A stretch of 63,166 nt of DNA, filler included, from Octopus bimaculoides (taxonomy: Eukaryota): the NCBI RefSeq assembly GCF_001194135.2. It is 5 parts of 4 records of this genome, joined end to end, with 100 filler letters (N's around TTAATTAATTAA, not from the genome) between each part and the next. Parts side by side here need not be neighbours in the genome. Positions count along the whole stretch, not along the records: positions 43,062 to 58,407 come from NC_068990.1; positions 58,508 to 63,166 come from NC_068985.1; 3 more parts are not named here. One strand, written 5' to 3'. A program made the position numbers and the translations under genes. Every line of letters begins with the position of its first letter. Positions within the stretch are counted from its first letter, which is position 1. This document shows positions 54,161 through 63,166 of the stretch, piece after piece. Below the pieces are notes generated by a model. That model was given only the letters and a program-made list of their open reading frames with translations, was not told the origin of the DNA and did not search any database.

Positions 54161-54410
54161 TGCGAATATTTCAGTGAAGATTTAATTTCATTATAGTGAG
54201 GAATTTTGTCCGAAACATTTAACTTTTCTTCTCTGCAATAACATATCTTACCTCTCTTTTGTCAATTTTATATAAGTAATACTTAATACTCTAACAGTTG
54301 TAAGTTTATTTTTTCAAAAAATTTTCTTTTATAAGGTGAGTAACATAACTATTAAAATAGTTACTATTTTAACTTCAACACATCACTTTCGAGCTTTGTT
54401 AAACTTCATT

Positions 54411-54559
54411 TCAATGTGACTTCAATGTCCTATGTTCTATTCTATTGTAAATGCCAATATCAAATAATGCAATTCCATTATTGAAGTCTGACTCAAATGG
54501 AACCGAACAACACTTTCTTACCAACAACGACAACGTACTTATTTCATTGACATTGAAAT
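54411..54559 (-). CDS. Candidate phase-1 exon (x)FNVNEISTLSLLVRKCCSVPFESDFNNGIALFDIGIYNRIEHRTLKSH*
   Basis: Acceptor tttctgatatttgttctaatAG, 48 open codons. An internal donor TTG|GTAAGA would give a 38-nt exon (54522-54559). Confidence 0.4.
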
Positions 54560-54897
54560 CTATTAGAACAAATATCAGAAATGACAAGCGACATGGCGTA
54601 GGCATCGACCGTTCCTGCTTTCACATTTGCAATGTAATATCTTCCAAGGCAAAGATGATTTCAATAAATCGATCTTCTTTTCTCACAGAAGAGGCAAATT
54701 TCTGGTGATTTAGTGAGGTTTTTGTAGAATTGTTGGTGGTTTCAAAATGATTTATCTCTTACTTGTTTCGGTCATTGGACAGCGGCGATGCAGGTTCACC
54801 GCTTTGAAGAGCATAGTCAAACAAATCGACCCACCGTTTAATTTTGTTGACTGATAGCTATACTAACTTTCAAAGACGCAAACAAACACACTCATAT

Positions 54898-54929
<32 letters not shown>

Positions 54930-55662
54930 NNNNNNNNNNNNNNNNNNNNNNNNNNNNNNNNNNNNNNNNNNNNNNNNNNNNNNNNNNNNNNNNNNNNNNN
55001 NNNNNNNNNNNNNNNNNNNNNNNNNNNNNNNNNNNNNNNNNNNNNNNNNNNNNNNNNNNNNNNNNNNNNNNNNNNNNNNNNNNNNNNNNNNNNNNNNNNN
55101 NNNNNNNNNNNNNNNNNNNNNNNNNNNNNNNNNNNNNNNNNNNNNNNNNNNNNNNNNNNNNNNNNNNNNNNNNNNNNNNNNNNNNNNNNNNNNNNNNNNN
55201 NNNNNNNNNNNNNNNNNNNNNNNNNNNNNNNNNNNNNNNNNNNNNNNNNNNNNNNNNNNNNNNNNNNNNNNNNNNNNNNNNNNNNNNNNNNNNNNNNNNN
55301 NNNNNNNNNNNNNNNNNNNNNNNNNNNNNNNNNNNNNNNNNNNNNNNNNNNNNNNNNNNNNNNNNNNNNNNNNNNNNNNNNNNNNNNNNNNNNNNNNNNN
55401 NNNNNNNNNNNNNNNNNNNNNNNNNNNNNNNNNNNNNNNNNNNNNNNNNNNNNNNNNNNNNNNNNNNNNNNNNNNNNNNNNNNNNNNNNNNNNNNNNNNN
55501 NNNNNNNNNNNNNNNNNNNNNNNNNNNNNNNNNNNNNNNNNNNNNNNNNNNNNNNNNNNNNNNNNNNNNAAATAACCAATTTTCAAGAACTCATCGATGA
55601 GTTCTTGAAAATTGGTTATTTTCCCTAAAACTATATATATATATATATATATAGATAGATAG

Positions 55663-55733
<71 letters not shown>

Positions 55734-56559
55734 ATATAAAGAGACGGGTGCAATGTAACACCATAAAAGGGTGCCGAAACATCTACTTTGCTAGAAATAA
55801 GAGGTGAAATACTCTTAACGCTGTAAGAAGAGCGCAATATATACATAAATTGTTTGGGGAGGTAACCACCACACGACCGTCTCAACGATCACCAGATTAG
55901 GCCTAGTTTCATCTCTACTGCAGGTGCCGTCAATGGTGACTGTTCAAACGGCTGATGGCCGGCTAATTTCGTCTGCCAGCATATTTAATTATTTACCATA
56001 AAACTTATGGATGATTTAGCGAAATGCTAATGCGTATACTAAAAATAAATATCAGCATCTAGGCACAATGCAACACATTAAAGGAAAACTTTAACCGTCA
56101 CTAAGGGTGAAGAAGATCCTACATTGCTAGAAATAAGAGTTAAAATACTATTAATTATGTATGAAGTGTCCAACTGCGCGGTACCTTGGCCAAGTGTCTT
56201 CAACATTAGCCCCTGGACAGGTCAATGCCTTTCAATGAATTTGGTAGACAGAAAATTTGCAGAAGCCTGTCGTTTATATATATACATATATATATGTTGT
56301 AAATAATAATATTTAGAGATTATAGTGATCACCGCATAATGACTAAAGAAAAATAGTCTAATAATGGAACATATATAATTATTACTTAGTTGTTTTATAA
56401 ACAAACTATCTTGTGCTTTTTACGGCTATGCCAAGTAGTACCGGTTTTTACAATTCTGTAAATAATGATAATAGTATTTTACTAGTTTAAAGCTTAAGCA
56501 ATCACCGCGCAATGACTAAAGAAAATACTCTAATAATGGGATACTCATTAAACTTGTGA

Positions 56560-57465
56560 ACCTACTTATTTGGAGTGATGAAAAGACATACAATGAAATG
56601 CAGATTGTATTAGACGCACAGAATGATCCTACCAAGATTTACCAGAACATGCATGGGAAGACATCAAAGTAGCAGACATAAGAATGACACTCACTAAGGA
56701 TCATAAGTGGAAATCCCCTGGTAAAGATAGGGAGCCAAATTTCAGGCTTGCAAGCTGATGTACACCAAAAGCACACACATCAGTGACTTCAGAATTCAGA
56801 GCTAAAGGCAGTAAGCGAAGGCTTTATCTTAGCTGCTCAGTATCAGAGCTAATTAACCGGGATACGCCAAGCCAATGTGACGAAAATTGAGATAGACCCA
56901 AGGGCTGATACTGCAACGATGAGATTGGACCAGTGGGCCACCTAACCTCTGGGTGTAAGGTTTTAGCACCATGAGAGTATAAATCTAGACATGACAGAGT
57001 TGGTCAATATCCACACTGGTTAATATGTCAGCATTATAAAGTCAAAACTGCTGACAAATGGTATAAGCACCATCCTGAGACTGGAACTGAGGGAGAAAAC
57101 AACGGTCCTTTGGGATTTTCCAGTATGTACAGACCAGACCATCAAAGCTAATTAACCAGATATTGTTGTGAAAGACCAAAACAATAAAATCTGTTTACTG
57201 ATTGACATGAGCATACCTTGGAGTCATAATATCTCGGCAAAAAAGCTTGATAAGATCAGGAAATATAAAGATTTGCTGATTGAAATTGAAAAACTGTGGC
57301 GTCTCAAGACGGTTACAATACAAATGATTGTAGGAGAACTTGGAATGATTAAAAAAGGGAACTGATAAATTATTTAAGAATGATCCCTGACTAACCATCC
57401 ATACAGGAAGTGTTAAAGATTGTCTTAACTGATAACTGGTCACACATATTGAGAAGAGCATTGAA
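56560..57465 (+). mobile_element. R4/Dong-like non-LTR retrotransposon 3' fragment (RLE domain)
   Basis: EGFILAAQ, and PDIVVKDQNNKICLLIDMSIP..KKLDKIRKYKDLLIEIEKLW..IVGELG, a restriction-like endonuclease signature. Confidence 0.85.
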
Positions 57466-57731
57466 ACTATGAATTTTCTGTCCCTATCCTTCTTTAATTT
57501 CTTTGCATCCCATTTTCACTTTTTTTTTTTTCATTTTTTCATGTTTTTCATTTTTTCATTTTTTTTCCTTTTGCTCTCTGTCTTTCTTCCCTTTCTTTTT
57601 CTATCACATTACTTTCTGAATGAACACTCTGCTGTGTATATTTTGATGGCCTACCAATGTATACAGTGAGTTTGTTCGCCCTAGGTGTTGGGAACACACT
57701 CGACAAGAAGTGGAAACAAGACTGAAAGAAG

Positions 57732-57801
<70 letters not shown>

Positions 57802-57890
57802 TAATAATAATAATAATAATGCTTGGATGTTAAGTATCGTGGAAAGAGACCCCGTGAGGCCTTAGACAACAGGTTGTTGTCTGTTCTTAC

Positions 57891-57925
57891 GGAATTAGCC
57901 GGAGGTAATGAAAACGAAATGATTT
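57891..57925 (-). CDS. Candidate 35-nt exon (x)IISFSLPPANS, phase 1 to 0
   Basis: Strong acceptor ttctttcatttccttttcAG and donor TCC|GTAAGA. Confidence 0.35.
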
Positions 57926-58521
57926 CTGAAAAGGAAATGAAAGAACACACTCCGATATTTGTATTTGAATCACAGTGTAAAATATCAAAAGTCGTATAGT
58001 TATAGCGGAAACACTTACATACATACCTTCTTTGAACTGAGAAATGCAATTCAAGGAGATAGGAAAAGAGGGAGATTTTTTTTTTTATTCACCTGAAAGT
58101 ATGACACGTCCCACATTTTCTACATTTCGATGCGTTTTACAAGTTTTTCACTTTACCTCAATAAACACCAACTTAAGCAAATTTAATAGAATTTGTTTGT
58201 GCGGTGTTTAATACTACTGCTACCACTACTAACACTACTACTACTAAATACTACTACTACTACTACTACTACTACTACGACTACTACAACTACTACTATT
58301 ATTACTACTACTAAAAATATAACTAATATTACTACTTCACCTATTATTACCCCTCTTCCTACTCCTCCTAATACTACTACTACAACTATTATTATCATTA
58401 TTATTATNNNNNNNNNNNNNNNNNNNNNNNNNNNNNNNNNNNNNNNNNNNNTTAATTAATTAANNNNNNNNNNNNNNNNNNNNNNNNNNNNNNNNNNNNN
58501 NNNNNNNCGTATATATGTATA

Positions 58522-58569
<48 letters not shown>

Positions 58570-59274
58570 TGTGTTTGTCCCCCCAACATCGCTTGACAAC
58601 CGATGCTGGTGTGTTTACGTCCCCGTAACTTAGTGGTTCGGCAAAAGGGCCCGATAGAATAAGTACTAGGCTTACAAAGAATAAGTCCCGGGATCGATTT
58701 GCTCGACTAAAGGCGGTGTTCCAGCATGGCCGCAGTCAAATGACTGAAACGAGTAAAAGAGTAAAAGAGTAACCAATATTATTGTGTTTAACCCATTGCC
58801 TGCCATGGGCCTCATTTGGGGATCTGCTAAAATCTGTCTCACTGCCGGTTGTTCGGTGTATTTAAAGTGAATTTGCTTATTGAAAGTGCATTTACAGAGG
58901 TGTGATTAACAATATTTAGTAAAGTTTCTCATTATTAGCTCTGGCAAATTCTAGACGCCATTTTATGTCATAAATCGCAATTTTTGAACTACAAATATAG
59001 TAACTGTTTTCAAAACTCTTTTTTATTTGCATTTCCCATCTATATCATTCATTGATATTTCATACACATTCGCATTTCATACTATAGTTTCAAAAAAACT
59101 AAAATATTTATTATTGCAATTGGATAGAAAAGGATAAATGTGCTTTTTTTTTCAGCGATCCCCATTTGGGACTTTTCGAAAAATTTATCATAATCTCCAA
59201 AATAATTCACATACGAAGAAAATTTAAATACTGGCCTTTTGACAAAATTTCAAACTATTATTGCTTATAATTAG

Positions 59275-59672
59275 GCGGCGAGCTGGCAGAAGCGTTAGCA
59301 CGCCGGGCGAAATGATTAGCGGTATTTGTGTGTCTTTACGTTCTGAGTTCAAATTCCGCCGAGGTCGACTTTGCCTTTCATCCTTTCGGGGTTGATTAAA
59401 TAAGTACCAGTTACGCACTGGGGGTCGGTGTAATCGACTTAATCCGTTTGTCTGTCCTTGTTTGTCCCCTCTGTGTGTAGCTCCTTGTGGGCAGTAAAGA
59501 AATAAGTATTTCATCTGTCTTTACGTTCTGAGTTCAAATTTCACCGAGGTCGACTTTGCCTTTTATCCTTTCCGGGTCGGTGAAATAAGTACCAGTTGCG
59601 TACTGGAGTCGATCTAATCGACTGGCCCCCTCCCCAAAAATTTCGAGCCTTGTGCCTAGAGTAGAAAAGAAT
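59275..59672 (+). mobile_element. Dimeric Meta-type SINE
   Basis: Same two-monomer layout as 39121-39550, with a more truncated second monomer. Confidence 0.9.
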
Positions 59673-60129
59673 ATTGATTATAATAAGTATAATAGTTCTT
59701 ATGAAAATTGAGGTAACTAGTAATAGGTAACTGTAACAGTTCTAATGATAATAAGTGTTCCTAATTTAGGCAGAATGGCTCAATCGTTACCACCGAACTC
59801 AATCCTTCATTGGATTTTTTTCCTTTGATTTTTGTATCGACACCAAAAGCACGAAAGGCAAAGATGATTTCGGTTTGACTTGAACTCAAATATTACAAGG
59901 CATTTTCTCCAATGCTCTAACTATTCTGCAAATCCACACGAGTGTTGATCAGCTTTAAAAACATTTATTTATAATAAAACAAAAAATAATCAGCAAACGT
60001 TGAAACGAGCATGTAGTTACATTAAAATATAAAGACACGGAAGACAAAATAATTTATAATGCAGTGATAACTGCTGTTTTAAATTTCATGTAGCAATTTT
60101 AAATGCATAAGTTGAGCTTCATCATACAA

Positions 60130-61700
60130 GTTATGTGCACCTTTCAATTCTTGTATGAAATATGTTTATACCGATACTTTTTAAAATTTTTACAATATAT
60201 AATATCTTTAAAATTGAAAAAAAAGTCAACATTACTTTCTGTTGTTTGACTTTTATGTCTATTTTGATTTCGCAAACTTTTAGTTTTTGGGCGTAAATTA
60301 GCAGAGAATTTTTCAAATTTAAATCAGTCAGGCATGACTTCGTTTTATCGTTTATCAGTTTCATGGAAAAGATTGTTTCTTTATTTCTGTACGTAATACC
60401 GAAACAGTAGAAGGAACTATGAGCAAATTCTCGTTTCTCTAAAAAACGTTCTTAGGGAACTGATCGTTAAAAATTAATCATGTCTATAGCATTTCGAAGA
60501 GAAAGAGGCTCACCAAATTTCGATAATAAGTTTGTTTTCAAGTCACTAATTTCCTTTTGTATGTTAGCGACCATTTTTATGATGTTTTCTTCACTAAGTG
60601 AATATGGATTTATAAATGCAAGTATGTAACCTTGAAATCATTCTTGCATTGCTCTGATTTTATCAGGATATTTTCTAAAATTGACATTTTGTCATTATCC
60701 TCAGCACATTCATTCTATTCTTTTATGTGCGGAAATTGATTCCAATCCTCATTTTCAAGCTGTGAGATGATCAGTTTTAATTTCCTCTTTACTGAGCTAG
60801 GAAACAATTTATTCTCGCTGCGCATTTTCAGATTTACATCACCGAAATGGTTAGTTACATCAACTTAATATACTAAATCACATCAGCAATAAAAGGCTCT
60901 TTCTTCGAGCAAGTCATTTTTCTCTTCTAGGAAATTTTGAACAATATTATTCAGTTTTCAAACTCCACTCAGATCTTGTTCTCTAGAAACGCAATAGACC
61001 TCACAATGGCGGACAAGATTGCTATGTTCCAAGTCTAACATATCGCATTATTCTCTACATTCTCGTCGATTTAATGTTTTCGCTTTAGATTTATCCAACT
61101 GTTAATATAACATGCTGCAAGTTTAGATTCTTTTCACACAAGGACTGTTAATGCTTAATGCAGACATCATTTACAAGATAGTTATATAGAGAGTTTATAA
61201 GCGTTTTTACTGATCACCGTCGGAGTTACTTTAACGAAAATACTGGTGACTTTACTCTTAAAATTTTGTTGTAGATTTTCCAGGCACAAACTTTTCAAAT
61301 ACATATCTTGCTCATCTTTTCCATTGAAGCAACTCAATACTCACAAGTCCTTCAAAGACCTTGGAATTTTGATCAATTTCTCTGACACAAATTAGTAACT
61401 AAACTTTACATATGTGAGTGAATTCGTCCAAAATTACAAAAAAATTAAGAACGAGTATCGAAAAAGCTTTGAGTTACGTAAACAACGAAAGAGATCGTCA
61501 ATGTTTCTCGTTAGTTTCGAAAGAACGAGTTCTACTATGTTTCTGTCAGTATTTTGAAGCAAAATATCTTACAAATATTCAGAAACAATGACTAAAAATT
61601 TCATTTCCATGAGAGAAAGGCTGTCGTCCGTTGGCCAATGCTAAAGCAACAGTATGCTATGTTTCTTCCATAGCCAACCACTCACAACTTCTTTCAACTA
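60130..61700 (-). mobile_element. Degenerate hAT (SPIN/Charlie-like) transposase relic
   Basis: Reverse-strand remnant HCEVYCVSREQDLS resembles HCEVRWLSRG..L, and a decayed CIIHQESLC-like motif lies at ~61140-61175. Confidence 0.55.
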
Positions 61701-62120
61701 ATGTATATTGACGGGATTTTTGTATAAATTTTGCCTTTTTCTCAATCATCTTTCCTTCTGTAATTGAGATACAAGAATTAGCTTCCGTTTTCCTACCGTT
61801 TTAGATTAATGTTGTATTTTGTAGGGCCAAGTCTTCTGTTATATGAGAAAATATTTTCACAAAAACACAACGATTTTGCCTATAGAGTCGCTGTCAATGC
61901 GAATTCACTTTCTTATTAATCATTGAATTCACGATTACATTCATCTTTTGGTTTTACTTTGCTTATTTCCTTTTGTGTTGTTAGTTAAAGAGAAAACAAG
62001 GATTAATTTTCAAAGAAGATATACAAACCTGCAAATACTCTCAAAGCACGAGTCTGTTAGTGAAGGGTATCAGCTATAAACTAACAAAAGGCCTGCAGTG
62101 TGTCGGCGCTCGCTGAAACC

Positions 62121-62251
62121 TCAAGAACGAATGGAAGTTGAAAAGTTACGGGTAGGTGTAAATGTGCTAGTTCTAATCTTCCAATGTTCCACTATTGGTG
62201 CGTGCGTCATAAGCTGGCCGTCTCTAGTTAATAAAGTAACTGGGGTTTCGA
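62121..62251 (-). CDS. Candidate terminal exon (V)ETPVTLLTRDGQLMTHAPIVEHWKIRTSTFTPTRNFSTSIRS*
   Basis: tccatcatAG acceptor in phase 1 after a 69-nt intron, 42 open codons. A second AG 12 nt downstream is also phase 1. Confidence 0.45.
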
Positions 62252-62320
62252 CTATGATGGAGGTGATTTATTAGGAAAATGAGAAATATTTGGCATATTT
62301 TCTGTTATTTTGTTCAATAC

Positions 62321-62454
62321 CAGCTGCATTAATCGTGGTTTCTGCAATCAGAGAAGACAGAGACCTTGGTTTTCTTGCTTTCTCCTCGTTCCATTTTTTT
62401 TTTGCATCAATTTTCTTCGAGTTTTCTTGTTCTCTCATAGTCCAGCGTACTAGT
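62321..62454 (-). CDS. Candidate coding exon (x)LVRWTMREQENSKKIDAKKKWNEEKARKPRSLSSLIAETTINAA, phase 2 to 1
   Basis: ttttaaAG acceptor preceded by an in-frame TAA. The frame is open through a 10-A run. Donor G|GTATTG is weak; read-through ends at TAA 62271-62273. Confidence 0.55.
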
Positions 62455-62499
62455 CTTTAAAATATATATAATGCATAAACAGGGCCTGAAAGATTACTT

Positions 62500-62800
62500 G
62501 GAGATACAGGGTTATTAGCACAGCTTGAAGAATTTGTCTTGCGATTCTTTCCTGCGACCTTGTAATCATATAGTAGTAGTACCGGAGCTGTGACCTTTCA
62601 AGGCGGAAAAATAGCGGTTCGACCTGGAGAGCTTCCCTGATCCCCGATCTACGCATCCTGTCGAGTGACTTTAGCAAGAGATCCTTTGGGACCATACACG
62701 TGAGTCTGGAATGGATTCTAAAATTGCAGGTCTGGCATAATAATTGTGCCAGTTCCAGCTTTCGAACCTCAAAAGAGAAATTGATTTAAAAAAAAACAAC
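62500..62800 (-). mobile_element. RTE-clade LINE 3' coding fragment
   Basis: GIREALQVEPLFFRLERSQLRYY..RSQERIARQIL matches the RTE ORF C-terminal region. Confidence 0.75.
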
Positions 62801-63166
62801 TTCTGTTCAGTTTTTCTGCTTATCGTCAAGAATGTTGGGTAATGGCCGAAAGAGAACCGCATATTTAAGTAATAAAAATTTGTTGTTGTTTTTTTTTGGG
62901 GGGGGGGGCGTGAAGTAGGTTGCTTTTGTTGCTGTTGCTTTTTATATTTTCTTAGAATGAAATAACTATATTACATTTTAAAACGATGATTAAAAAAGGA
63001 ACCTTTAGGCAGTTAACTGACATCCTCTTTTGCCTGAAGAAACTTAGAAATTATAAATCAATTATTATAATGTCGAAATTTTGGGACGAGAATCTGATTG
63101 CGTTTATCAAAATTATTTGACAGCCAATATATCAGCAACGAATTTCAATCTGCTAAAATTGTCTTT

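Noticed and set aside
62430-62454. Resemblance of xLVRWTMRE to the Piezo C-terminal TMIKWTRE or chitin synthase WGTRE motifs
   Set aside because: Too short and inexact; no gene symbol can be justified without a database search.

Overview
AT-rich, microsatellite-dense animal genomic DNA with many N gaps. The SINE and repeat content is consistent with an octopod cephalopod (inference; no search was run). Most long ORFs in the supplied track come from N runs or simple repeats. Much of the window is transposon-derived: tRNA-headed CORE-type and Meta-type SINEs, RTE-tail repeats, CR1, R4/Dong, RTE, Tx1-like and Penelope fragments, a ~7 kb decayed CMC-EnSpm element with nested insertions, hAT and mariner relics, and several MITEs. 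Unique sequence between the repeats carries minus-strand exon candidates of an unidentified host gene. The best supported are two symmetric phase-1 exons (18587-18769, 3992-4126), a 62-nt exon (44586-44647) and a two-exon block at 62121-62454. The most interesting hypothesis is that one phase-1 donor at 62320 serves about 15 alternative phase-1 acceptors across 60 kb, each encoding a different C-terminal peptide. This was found by eye, is open to ascertainment bias, and needs RNA-seq. Four N44-TTAATTAATTAA-N44 spacers are artificial joins, so long-range continuity is not guaranteed.
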